From the NCBI RefSeq assembly GCF_026571515.1, contig NW_026863680.1, positions 62,001-126,000 on the forward strand: a stretch of DNA of 64,000 nucleotides. Direction: 5' to 3'. Positions 1-13,389 of this stretch are shown here, one piece after another. A program made the translations under genes and the position numbers. Each line of letters starts with the position of its first letter. Position 1 is the stretch's first letter. The notes beneath the pieces were generated by a model. That model searched no databases. It was not told the DNA's origin and saw only the letters and a program-made list of their open reading frames with translations. The DNA is from Ruditapes philippinarum (lineage: Eukaryota).

Positions 1-518
1 TGCAAAAAATATTATTATATCATATCACGTATTTGGAAGTTGTACAGCCACCAATACTCTTTTGCAAATGAAATCTCTTTTTTTCGAATTTGTAGTTTTG
101 CGACCGTCGTGTATGAGTGCGAGAAATAGCGGAAAATTGTGACATTAGTAAAACATCAATTAACAAGATTATTACTGAAAACATGCCAATGACTAAAGAG
201 TGCGCTACATGGGTACCGAATCTGTTAACAGATAAGCAGATGAAAATAAGTATTCCAGCAGAAGGACGATTAGATACTTTGAGAAAGAGTGAACGTTAAC
301 GTCGTTATCTCCAAAACGTCGTTGTAACAAGGGCAGATGCGACGATGATTTATATTTATATAGTTTTATAATTTTGTACACAATGCATAGAATTAGATAC
401 ATTTGCGCATGATAGTAGAAATGTAGAAGGAAATTAAGCGGCTTGTTTCATTTTGAAATCTATCAACATTATTTTTCAAATTAAAAATCGTCCGTGTACT
501 TTACGGACGCACCTCTTA
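1..518 (+). mobile_element. Decayed mariner transposon fragment
   Basis: ORF 117-299 REIAENCDISKTSINKIITENMPMTKECATWVPNLLTDKQ matches the mariner HTH/WVPHxL linker; TIR-like CTTTACGGACGCACCTC near 500-516. Confidence 0.75.
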
Positions 519-2540
519 AATCAATCAAAATTTTAAACATCTAACTCAGTTCCTAACTCGGCAAATAAAGAATAAAACACAGCATCTGGACTGAAACTGG
601 TGGTCTTGGATAAGGGGTGGGGGCGTCAGGGATGTTGCACTCTGTACATTTCATGTAATTTTGTTGTGATTAATGCTTCCGAGCGATCACACTTTTAATC
701 CAGATTATTTGCTCAATTGTTGGTCATGTTACCATTTATAAGAAGAAAAAGTAACTCCGTTTTTTAAAACTGGCATTAATAGTGCGTCCGTCTTGATTCC
801 GGAGTGATCTTAAGTAAGGTTCATATTATTTATCACTACACTACTTATTTTATTATCAAAACAAATAAAAGATTCACAATAAATTAAGCACTGAAACATT
901 GAAATTCATTATCATTACCATCTTTTTCGAAGTTAGCAAAAATCGTAATGCACCTTGTTTGTTTTTGATTCGTAAGTATTCGATTGTTTCAAGTACAATT
1001 TAATATTTTCTCCAATAGGCCTGTTAAAAAAACATTCCGGGTGTTACTCAATATTTTTATAACTTTTTAAACCAATTTGCAATAATTTTTGTTGCAATTT
1101 TATACTAACATTCAAATGACTAACAGGACACAAATAATGAACGGTTGATTTTGATTTTCGGTTGGCATTATTGAAATTATTCATTGTGCGTTCTATTTGT
1201 TTCATTTGTTAGAAATATTGACTGAATCCGAAGGGATAATATAAAATTGACTTGTTATTTTGTCTAATTCTGATATTTTTAAATGCATTTTTGTTTTCCA
1301 GACAAGAGAAAATGTTACTATATTTCTTTTTAAGATTTGTATCAAAACTTGTTTGATCATTTAATTGTTAATTTGTTTCAATTCCTGTTTTTTATGTTTT
1401 AATTATATTTAATATTATTATGATTATCTTTATCTATGGTAATTTTATTTTCCATATTTTATATTTCTTTTTGAATTGTACTTTAATCTTCCCAACGTTA
1501 CATGTTTTATTTAAACTTATTTCTTTTCTGCCAACATATTTTGTAAGGTACACGTCCTTTCCTTCTTAATTACTTTTAAAACAAAATCACACTTCAATAT
1601 TAATTAACCCTTTTCACGTTTTAGTGGCGCACAATCATAAAAGAGATAAATATGTCTGATTAAAAACAATTTTTGTTTTTAAAAAGTTTTACTATTGACA
1701 CTATATACTTTTATAAATATGATAAAACTATAAATGTTATAAAATATGAAGAACATATGCATTTACAGTTTAAAGTGTAAATCTTACAGACTGATCTAAA
1801 AAATGTACATTTTTAAATGAAGATGAAACAAAATATAAAATAACTGTCAACGTAACACTAATATGCTTTTGTTGCTGACAGTTATATAAAATATAAACAA
1901 TGACATTTAGATATTACCTCATGTAAATGCAATCCAGAAATATTCTCAGCCTATCCTCAGATATTAAAACGGTGAAATAAGCCAGCAATATTGTAAAATC
2001 GCACAAGAGTTACACATAAAAAAGTAAGCGTAAGCAGGCATGCAAAATTAAAACGCCATACAAAAAGTATAAATTCATAAAAATAAACATGCACCTGTCT
2101 CCAACTCCAATTTTCATTATCGAAACATCTAGATATCTATATTGTGAAAACAATTATCAAATTTTAATCAAATTGTAATTTCATCTATGATATATGTGCA
2201 ATTTTATGATGTGCATCGAATACCAGTGTCAATTATGTAAATCATAAATTTTGTTGTGATTAATGCATGGAAGTTGGAAGTTTGTAGTTGACAACAATAC
2301 TTCAGTCATAAATACGTTGAAATTTTACTTCTTTTGGGAAAAAATGAAACTACTTAACAACATGATCAGTGGCATTGTGGAATATCTAAAAGACATAAAC
2401 ATTAATTAATAATGACACACACCATAAAACATTTACATCATGGAACAGAAAATATAAAAAATATCGGAATTTTTTTCACCAAAATGGACTCGTCCCATGT
2501 ACCTACATATGTGTTTACGTTACCTTACATTTTAACCAAT

Positions 2541-2572
2541 GTAGGTAGGTAGGTAGGTAGGTAGGTAGGTAA
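2541..2572. repeat. (GTAG)n microsatellite
   Basis: gtaggtaggtaggtaggtaggtaggtaggtaa. Confidence 0.95.
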
Positions 2573-3400
2573 GAAGATACAATGTTTCATAATAGAAAAA
2601 AATCAAGTTAATTCAAGAATAAACAATATCAATATTAAATATAACAGGGCCTTATTTATACATTGATTTACAGACCAGTAAGTAATTCAATTTGAGATGC
2701 TTTGAAAAATAATATGAAAATTTATCTAAACCTTATAATTCAGACTCTTTTTTAGTACTTAAAAATTCAATCAGTTTGAACGTACTTGGTCTTCTTTAAT
2801 AGTATGGTTTCAATGTAAAGAGAACGTATATAGAGTAACTGTTGCATATACATCATTACTAGCAGAAAGCTGACATATGCGGTCCTCGCGGGTATTCTAT
2901 TAGCAACATATCTACCCGTTTCAGTCCCAAGTTTATGTGACGATTATCTCTATTTGGCTAAGCCATTTCTATAAGTTTTGTTATGAAGAATTGTCAGATA
3001 GCTGGCCATTTCAAATGAGTTCTACAATTGCGCATATATAATACTTAACAATGGACTGTTTGAAATATCGCTTGAAAGTTTTTGTCAAAAATAGTCAATT
3101 ACCATTTATTTTAAAAGTTTAACAAAATATTTGACGTCATATTAATATGGGTTGTTCAAGACATCAGATACTTCCGTACTCATTTAGTATTCTATGTGCA
3201 TTAGAAGCGCAACATTGATTATTGTGTTCATTTAATTCAACTGAAGCGTACATAACAATTTTCAAAAGTATAGTATCGCTTTTAATTTCTTCAGCCAGTA
3301 TATGATATGTTGCAAACATCGTTTAATAAATAATGGACAACGGCCTAATTCGCTATTGATTTCTGCACTGCGCAGTTACTTTATATCTGTCATGATAACA
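2541..3400 (-). mobile_element. Decayed 3' end of a CR1/L2-group LINE (ORF2 C-terminus) with (TACC)n tail
   Basis: Minus-strand peptide remnants SELGRCPLFIKR...IIYWLKK, SSHKLGTETGRY...RICQL, LKPYY*RRPSTFKLIEFL; (GTAG)n array 2541-2572 at the 3' end. Confidence 0.72.
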
Positions 3401-6400
3401 AAAATGTGAACTGGCAGGCCATGACATATTAACTGTATATAAACAATATTTAAAGATTTAATAGAATACTACATACTCGTATGTGTTTATTCTTCCGAAT
3501 CCTGCTCCTACATTTCTTAACCTTTTAATTAAAGTTATAAATCTGCTCTATTCAGCCTGAAGAAAATATTGAGTAAAATACACGTATCGCAAGCAATAAA
3601 TCGTGGGAATTATGTCATAAATTAGTTCTTTACGCTAATCAATCACAGTTTATATCAGAATGAAATCATGTTGATCAACAATTATCTAAATAACATGCTA
3701 AGATTAATACTCTCTGTGACACAGATACGTGCATGTTCATCAATGTGGTGTGGTATCGTTAAATACAATAGTAGTTGAAAATAAATCTAGGATGAAATGG
3801 TGATCGTTATTACGTTACTTACGTTATTTCATTTCGTTTTTATTCTTCAGGAAAGACAATTTCAAATCAATGGAACATATTTACGACTCTATTTTCTGGG
3901 AAAACTAATATTTGCGTATATTAAAGCTAAGACTATTTTAACTTAATGACTAGTATTTACATCAGAAATGTAAATAACAGCAATAACGTTTGCAGATCAC
4001 AAGATTACATTTTACATTTTAGAACAAATCGGCAATACAGCATCTGTAAACAAGAGGAAAATTGCACATTTTACATATCTTTCTGCTTCTTAATGGCTGT
4101 CATTAATAGACATATATAATCGAATATGTCTTCATCTGAATAATGAGTGATGTCTCTGCCACATTCAAAGAAATTCAATTTCGCTCGGGGATCATTTAAA
4201 TCAACGTTAAGTTTATTCGTTTAGCAGGATAAATTTCCTTGTCTGTCACTTAAATACAGGAGCTATTATTACTGTCGCCATTTGTTAGTCTGCTTTTATC
4301 GTATCTACCAGTTTGCAGGCATGTGTCTATTTATCAGAATTAATCAACAAACAGGGTGATAAATAATAATAAAAAAACCGTTTGCAGTGAATTTTAGATC
4401 AAAATCCTCTTTAACACCCTAAACGGCAAACTGATTTTTGTTCGGTGTGATGAATGGTAATGAAAGATTTAAGTTATCGTCCCCCCACGACCCTTCCGGC
4501 ACCGATTTAAGCTGAAATCGAAACATTATTCAAATATGGATAAAGATTTGTTAATATGGAGTGTTTGAATGGATGGATTGATTGTGTGCTTGTAGGCGAA
4601 CGGACGGACACTCTTAGGAAATAATCATCTCATTTTTAACAACTTTATGCAACTCTTTTCTACACCATCACTACATGTACGAAATAGATCATAACGTTAA
4701 GATGTACACAAACCCAAACCCCATAATATCTAACCCCTTTGAACGGACAGATATGCGATTTAATTGGGATAAGAGGTTATTTCTGTTGTTTTTGTTCTAC
4801 AGAGGGTCATTGGCTCTATTCCTCTTTTGTTACGAAATTAATCTGTTGTTCTCTTTTGTTCTATTCTCTCTTTCTGTCCTTAGATATCCACCCCCTATTT
4901 CTTTTAAGACGAATGGTCGGAAGGACGGACGGATAAAGTGACATGTTCGGAGTGATTATATTGCCTAAGTCTTTAACATGATCGTATGATGCAGCTGATA
5001 ATTGAATATTAGCAAATCGTGTTTACAAGTACGCAAAATGTAGGCTTTGTAAATTAACAAAGTGGAAAGTCACCCAAAATATTGAGCGAAGTACAGCTGG
5101 TACTTACATAAGTTCATAAGGAAAACACTTATTTAAGTGTATTGAATAATGACTTTGGATCGAGATTAATGTCCCTCGATTGAGTCAAACACGCATATAA
5201 AAGGTCACAAGCCGTTGCATTTACGTCAAGATAGAACTAGTAAGTGGATATTTAAATTACCAATGTTGTTAAAACTTAGTAACTTAGGCTTCATAACCTC
5301 TGATCCCCTTTCAAAATTCCATTTTATTTAGTTCCGCCCATTGTTTTTCTCGTTTAGGGCACACGCATTCTTTTTTACATGGGGATCATATGCCGCTTAC
5401 ATGGAATGGCACTTTCGTGTCACATTGAAGGTTCCATGGTAATCGCCATATGAACACATCTGCGGATGTTTCAAAATTCAAAATTGTACCAGTTCATGTT
5501 AAATGTTGAATTCTGCTTAAGCCGGTGCTAGGCGGCGTGGACGGTAGTTTGCACTTGACAGTACCGTCCATGAACAGGCTCAATAAATCCGAGGCTGGAA
5601 CATTTCCAATTTTACCGTGTTAGGCTTTTTAGGGGTTCTTATTTTCTCGATTTTAATGTAAATTGCTTCTTCAGAACTTACTTTGAGTACTTTACTTTAA
5701 GTCAATTTTAAGATTCAATTTAATTCATAAGTCCCCTGCAAGAGATAGTGTTGTTTGATTAAATATTTATGGAAAGTCAGTCTTCATAATATGCAAACCA
5801 TAAATTCAGCTATTATATCAAAAATAATTAATTTCCTTTCCTGTAACAAAGGTTTAAAAATATTTACGATTTTCTACCGTAAAATATGTTTATTTGTGAA
5901 TACATTTACAGTAAAAGCATGGTTCTTTTAAAATCACAATGGGTAACGAAAATGTTGATATTGGTGATAACTTGAAGTATTTTGTATCTTTTTGATAAGC
6001 CCAATGTAAAAGAAATTCAAATCAGTTGCAGGAAAACAAAAACTATTTTGATCACAGAATGGTGCCAAAGAAAATTAGTAGTATAAAATCATGCTTTATC
6101 TCCGTAATACTTAGTATCTAAGTGTCAAACTGGCAAATCTGTGTCATGTGCTCTCTACTTTTCATAAAATTCTAAATCATTTTGTCAGTTTCCATTACCA
6201 TATATACATTATTGAACTACATTGTATATGTATGATGCTTCACATGCGTCTAAAATAGACATTTGGGAACCGGTATATATCGAAAGGACAGGTAATATTG
6301 TTGTTGTTTTTAACCTTTCATTTCTTTTCTTAATATTCGTATAATCATTATGCTCCTTACAAGAAATGAAAATCAAATCCCTCTTAACTTAATTGTACTT

Positions 6401-7542
6401 ATTATATGATCTAATATAGCTGCAATCTCATTGGTCCAAACAGTAGTCAACAGAACTTTTTATAAAATCATATTTACTGGGTTGGTATCATATTCACTGG
6501 CTGAATTGGATTTTCACAGTCTAAAAATGGATTGAGACTCATATTCAATGACCATACACCGTTGACTGTTAATTACGCGTGTTAATTAAAATAAATATTG
6601 TTGCGTTTTGTTCTTTAGGGCATATTTCTCGATTAAAATATCATTACTTTACTGTTTTACTTAAAGGCTACAGCGCAATGATGAGTATTAACTTGAATTA
6701 CTTTTGTATGCGCAGCGTTCGAGTAGTCGTTGCACGCCTAACACGTGCGTCTTTTTTTCCCGCGCTTCAACGAGGCAAAATGTGTACATGTATATAAGGT
6801 TGTACTTTTTGTGATTTTTTTTTCAATTCTTAGCCTATTCATATAATAAAACAATTATTGACTAGTGAACCATTGAATATGATGTAATATTCACCGGCAG
6901 AAAGTCATATTGACCGAGGCGATAATATTCTGTGGCGTAGCCAGGCCAAACATTATAGAATTATACGGCTTTGAGTGGGTAAAGGGAGAGGATGCCCCGT
7001 TCAGTAGCCAAAAACAGGGTGTTTAGGGGTCTCCGCTCAAGTGAAGTTTGATGAACGCAATCTGCTAAAACTTAAGAGCACGTTCGCTGGGATACAATGT
7101 TCATTCTATGTCCCAGATAAAACTTGACATTTACTGTCTGGTTCCACAGTATTTATCTCTAAATTAAAATGCCAGGCGGGATTGTTTCTTGCTGCAAAGT
7201 TAACCATTATGTATTCAGCGTTAATTTCCATTTCCATAAGGACTAGCCCAGATAGCACGTCTTATAGTGGTCGTAGTGGATCTGTGGTACGTTTTCACCC
7301 TCTTTCTTTTGCCAAATGACCATTCGGCTGAAGCCATAGACAATAGCATAGTGAACAGTACAACAATACAACAACAGGCATTGGAGCAGTACTGCTCATT
7401 ACCCAGAGGTAATGTGCTTTGTAACGTATCGAGAGTTTGTGTACGATCCATGGCAAGTTCCCGTCGGTCCACCATGTAACCCTGAATTATTCGGCGTTGA
7501 ATTTTATATAGAGCCAGCATCTTTAAATGGAACCTTGTTTCA

Positions 7543-7603
7543 TTATGCCCCCGCCATATAATGGCAGGGGCATGTAGTGTTACCCTGTTCCGTAATTCCG
7601 TCC
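7543..7603 (-). mobile_element. HINE/Helentron-like end fragment (3' palindrome)
   Basis: TTATGCCCCCGCCAT-ATA-ATGGCAGGGGCAT hairpin followed by TCCGT units. Confidence 0.55.
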
Positions 7604-9830
7604 AAAATGTTCATGTATATCCTGAATATCAAGATTTTCGGCAGTTCTTTTACTTTTTGTATATTGATTTTTATTTTTCTCCAGAATTCTTTTGGGTTAG
7701 CTTTACTTAGCTTTGCCAGCCTTTGTTTTTCATCGTTATTATATTTTATTTTATTGAAACGTATGGTTTTATTATATGCTATTTTGGCCTGAATATATTC
7801 TTGTCGTGAATTAGCACAGTGTTTGTTACGTAAGAATATATTTGTTTTTCTTTTGAACATAGATCTTGCATCATAAAAACACTCCGAATTAAACCAAGGT
7901 TGTATGTTATTTTTAAAATGTTTGTTCGGCTTCATCTTCCTTAAAATGAAATAAACATTTAGATAGTTTAAGCCATAACTTGCCATTTTGTATTTTTTCA
8001 ATAATTTCTATATGTTTACTAAGATTTTGTCGTTAATATATTGATAGACCGCCGCTATATCGACCTTTCTTCGTGTTAATAGTCTTATTGCCATATAGGT
8101 GTTAACTACAATATCCACTTAAATCTAAGTTTAAACATGTTTGCTTAGAAACCCATGTTTCGGACAAAAGAACTAAATCATATTGATGATTAATTTCTAA
8201 AACGTCTGTATCTGAAAGTTTTCTACATAAACCATTTATGTTCCATGTTAATAATCTTATGCCCGAATTCTCGTGACAATCCTAATCACGTTTGTGCGGT
8301 GGTTCACATATCTTGCGATCAACAAAACACTTTACTTATTTCTTGTTAATAAAAAAATGTATTCCCGGATATGCGCGTAGTATGGTTGTGTTGTTCTGCA
8401 TCGTCTACAATGGTTGGAAGGCGTTACGTGCGTCTCAATATTCTAATTTCTTGGGCGATTGAATTCCCACTCCACGTTTATTGTTTTTTAATGATTGTTT
8501 AATGTCAGTTTGTAAGGACTTAAGGCGTACCATTTCTCGTGAGTTATAGTCGTGAAATTTCACTATGGGACGAACTTTCCCACCACTTGTTGGACTGAAT
8601 TGATGAGCACGAGCGAATGTGATTCTATTTTCGATTCAGTTTCTAATAGATTCTTTACAAGCTCGGAGCAGTTTTCATTTATGCCGTGTATGCTTTCTGG
8701 AATTCCATAGAATATGAGATGTTCTCTCATAGATCGTGCCTTCAAATCAAGTATTCCTCTTTGAACTTGTTTGCCTCTTGTTGATGTGTTTTAATGCTGG
8801 ATTCGGCTTGTTTGTACATTTCATTGAGCTAATGCATTTGTTGTTTTATTGTGACATATTCTGTTTTTCGTTCGTCATTCTTATCACTTATAAATTGACA
8901 GGACCTTTACACATCGCTACCTTTGCCTTCTGTTGTTGATAGTCTTATGGAATTCTGATAAAGTTACTTTTATATTTCCTAATGTATGCTCCATTTGTCC
9001 TATTCTGTGCTCTATTTTGTCTATTTTCGGGATAAGTGCCTTTATAGATTTTACATCAATTAAGTCTGACGCCCATGACGGCGGGGTATTATCGTCATCA
9101 GTATGTACGAGTGCGTTTGAAGTCGCTTTATCGTGCGCCATATTTGGTGTCGGATAATGTGTTACTGGTGAGCCTGGTGTCGCGGGTGGAGTAATCATAT
9201 ATTGGTATAGTGGCTGCCCTTGCGGTGTAAGGAATTGTAAGTGTGGTGGTATGTAAGATCCAGTAGTAGCAGTTCCAGTCATATTTGGCGATGCATTGGG
9301 TTGTATTATCGATGGTGGGGTAGAGTCAGCCATTTTGTGTACTTTATCTGGTTGTTCACTATTGGCTCCCGGGGATGATTCCTTTTTTGTACGGTCTTTG
9401 CTGTTAGTCATGACGATTAATCTTTCAATTGTATAATTTAATGTTGCAAGTCATTATATCCATCATAACAGTAACAACTAAATAATCGCTCACAGCAATA
9501 TAATAGTGTATAATAGAATATCAGTTAAATAGGATTAGCTCACTTATAATTATATCCTTTTGTATCCTTTTAAGTTCATAGAGATGTGTTCACTAAAGGT
9601 AAATGTTAAGATAAAATCCACGCAATCACATTGCATCTTATCAAAATATCCAGAAAATGGTCGTCAAAAGCACTTTTTAGTTAAATATTCCAAACAAAAA
9701 ACATATATTCTTGTAAATAAATCCATAAGCTTTCACTTGATATAAAACTTGTCAAATTTTGTTGATATTTATTATAGATTAACAAATAAATATGCGAGAG
9801 AAAAATAACACGTCTAACCATATCTTGACC
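7600..9830 (-). mobile_element. Degenerate, internally deleted LINE (ORF1 + APE endonuclease start + PWF..EC linker)
   Basis: ORF1 pieces 8917-9411 and 8563-8745 (ARSMREHLIFYGIPES, L1-ORF1/RRM-like); endonuclease RLLTWNINGL...DLVLLSETW at about 8160-8265; QPWFNSEC...KANPKEFWRKIK at 7670-7900; 5' end near 9830. Confidence 0.85.
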
Positions 9831-10752
9831 CTTAGGCTATTCAATTTACAAGCGACATTTCTTGGGTCATCCCTCTTATGATATAATGATTACATGTTTG
9901 ATATACATTAACTTAATTGTACAATCAATATACAATGATGAGTATACAACACAAGCAAATGGTTTGGGCAACAAGTTCTTATAACATTCAACTAAGTTTT
10001 TCCTACTAAATGAATGATAACTTTTGAAGCAAGTTAAAAATAACATAATGTACATTTAAACATTATTTAAATCAATATTTAATTAGGTGTCACTATCTTG
10101 TCTGTCAGTGTTGTAAAGCAGTTTTCTTTTATATTTTCAGAGAGGCAAAACTTTCAGGACGAATATATAACAAAGTGAATACTATGTTAAAACCTGATAT
10201 TTTACATTTTCACAGTAAATATTTTCCTTCCACATTCAAACAGATAAAATATTTTACAATTTTCTTTTGATCATCAGAGTTTTATACAAAGGAGAGAACA
10301 AAACACAAATGACATGCTATACATTACACGTACATCACCTTACTTTTTGTCCGACAAACACCAATTATTGGCATAATTAACAATATAAAAATTATCATAC
10401 CATGTATGTATAGTCATTTTTGCACAAACACAAAACGTTGCAATTACTTGAGCCGGTTGCCGCAGAAAATTGAGAAACAAAGTAAAAAAACGAAATTAGA
10501 TTTGATTCCCCTTTTTACATTGTGTTTTAAGGGTAGCCACCAGGTTAAAGCTCTCTATTACTTGTGTATCCGTTAACAAATTGCAATGAAGTTATGTTTT
10601 ACATATGAGTCATAAACGATAATAAAGGTATATTTTGTTATTTATTATTTTCTCCCACAACTATTTCTAAGATATACTGTAGTAAACAGTAAGTGGCCAA
10701 ATAGAAATTCGTTGAATTGCATATGTACGAGGGTTGCTCAAAAAGAATTGCT

Positions 10753-13191
10753 ACAACAACAACATAAACGTTTATTCATGTCAGGCTCATATACAGAACA
10801 ACATGACAGAAAATAAAGTTTTAAACATTGTACTGGTAATTAACATGGGGACAGTGATGAAACATCTAAATGTGCTCATGTAAACAACAATTAACAATGT
10901 AAAACAAACAAAAAAGACAGACAAAAAATACACATTGACAAAGTTAACCTACATAATAGTTTACTGTGAGTGAGAAAACGTTAGCGTTATGATTTGAATC
11001 CGATTTGCATGACAAAAACATGAACGCTATATTGAAGGTAATGAAGGTAAATATTTTTCAACACGGGTTAAATCAATGTTGATTGGCAGACCGTATGTTT
11101 ACATACGCTATATAGTAATACAAAAACTACATAATGCACTGAAATAGTAAATAAATAATGAAACGTCAAATTCGCATGTAACAATTTAACAAGATACAAT
11201 GTGTATAGGTAGTAGTAAGGTTGTATCTTCGTATATAAAAAATTGAATAGGTAAATTCAAATCTAACGGGACAAACTGAAAACAATACACCGTTCAGAAG
11301 TAATTTTTACGACTTTTACTATCAATGTCCTTGGCGCACGGGAAGCAAGATTTTTCATTCAAAGATTATCTAAAGTAGACGTGGCCAAGACTGAAGATCT
11401 TTCGGCGTAACCAAGCAACGGTGTGGTCAAAAATCGAGGTACAAATCAAAAGTGCTCGCGTACTAGTCAGAGTGAAAAATAAAAAATGGATTTATTGTTC
11501 ATAGGAATATTTTGTAATAAGTGGATGGGTTTGCATCCACAAACATTAAGACAACCTACTTTTAATGAAGATTCTGACAGCACATACTGTTTACTTGAGT
11601 TCATGTCTGTTGAATGTCCTTTTAAAACTGACGTTATATTTTCAGAATTATATTCCTTACATGTGGCAGTAGGGCTATTTCCAGAATATTTGAAATGTTC
11701 ACATATAGTTTTAGATGATGTACTTGGTAACTCCGTGCACTCATTGCAAAAAAAAGTATCGTAAATGATAATTTCTGAATTGTTGACAGCATTGTTTTCG
11801 TAAATAGTGTCAATATTGCCAGAGCACACTGCCCTCGGAACCTCCTACCTGTTATTGTCACTATCATGATCTGAGGATGATCTGTCCTTTGGGGGATAGA
11901 CTGTGTCGTTCTTTGATTAAGTGTTATGTTGAGTATTGCTGCGTGGGGATGACAAGATGTCGTCTACGTTACTCATTTGTCAGCTTGATTGTCAGCTTGA
12001 TAGGAAGATATGTTAATCGTTGCATGTGAATGTTCTTCCGGTATGTTGTTTAGTGAAGAGGTTGTATCTGTAGTCGAATGGGGTTTCCCTTGAGTTAAGT
12101 TTGGTGTGTAAGGTGGCTGATCGGGGCCATCGTCAGACCTACGAATATTATGGGTTGAAAGCTGTGCATCATATGCTTGACGAATACTATCTGATTTGGA
12201 TTTAAGAGAATCAGATATGCGTTTGTGCACGTCAGTGATTCCGGATTCCTTGAGAATATCGTGCCAGTCCGGGAAGAAGTTGCGGGTGATTCGACCATTA
12301 ACTAGCAGTGCAGCTGGGTATAATATCTTCACATTTTCTTTACCAAATTCATCTCGTTTGCGCTTGAATTCGGGACACAAACGTTTTCGTGCATCGCTTA
12401 TCTCCCTTGGGTAGTCCCTGGAAATGCCAATACCAGAATTGTTGAGACGATGTGCATAGCCCATCAGTGCGTTAACCTCACCAGCGTTGCTGAATGTGGC
12501 CAATATGAATCTTTGTTTAGGTCTGTTTCTATCTAGATGTGAAGCTCGTGGTGTGAACACGCGGCCAAGTCTAAATGCACGGATGAGAAATAATTGAGAC
12601 GTGTCAAGTTTCAAATTGGCATCAATAAAGTTTTTCACTAATTTCACCGGGTCCTCACCATTTGATTCGGAAATACCAGATATAACGATATTGTTTTCTC
12701 TACTACGGGCCTCTGTGTCTATACTTTTGTATTCTAGTAAACGAAGTCGTTGTTGCGTAACATCTAGCGTAGCGCTTTGAACATATAAATGTGATTCAAT
12801 ATTATCAATTCTATATTTTAAAAGTCACAAATTAGACATCCCTTCTAATATATAGTTCAATTTGTCGTCTGTTGGAAGCTTTTTCATTTCATTTAGGTCA
12901 ATATCGCTGGTAATCTGAGAGGATGGTGGAGGTGGTGGGGTACACGACCTGTCCGACATTTCACCACCCGTTAAGTGACGCGCTCTCTTTGATCGATTTA
13001 TATAGGTCCAGGAGTCAGAAAGGGGTTCAAACCTGTTCATATAAGGCCTTTCTGGGCCAGGAGAAGCATCGGATGTAGAGCTCCAAGATTGAGTGTCCAT
13101 TTTTATGCGAAATAATGCGAAAATTCTATCTGTTTGCAGGACTTCAGCAAAACACATCCGCCATGTTAAATTACCCATAAATCTCCTAATC
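10753..13191 (-). mobile_element. Non-autonomous ORF1-only LINE derivative with both ends intact
   Basis: 5' end TGGGTAATTTAACATGGCGG; ORF1 13102-11973 in one frame with one in-frame TGA at 12825 (IDTEARSRENNIVISGISE...RAFRLGR...ISRDYPREI); endonuclease start LKVGCLNVCG then deletion, no RT; AATAAA + (TGT)n tail at 10753-10776; TGCT on both flanks. Confidence 0.85.
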
Positions 13192-13389
13192 TGCTTATTG
13201 TCTTATCTCGTGATTCACGTGAGACACGATAAAAACCAATACATACCTGTATATGGTAATTCAATACCTACACAACGGTGTATAAATGTACATGTTAGAC
13301 TAAGTGTAAGTGTAAGACATACAATTTGCCATTTAAATACACGCAGTCATTAACCATTGTAGTAAAACTGGTTGGTAGAAGCGTCGAAA

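Noticed and set aside
1911-2130. Possible minus-strand exon with a GAG|GTAAT donor
   Set aside because: Stops in all frames and no recognisable product; at most a non-coding exon.
12825-12827. In-frame TGA in LINE ORF1 as selenocysteine or programmed readthrough
   Set aside because: Most simply a CGA-to-TGA decay in a dead element; no SECIS seen.
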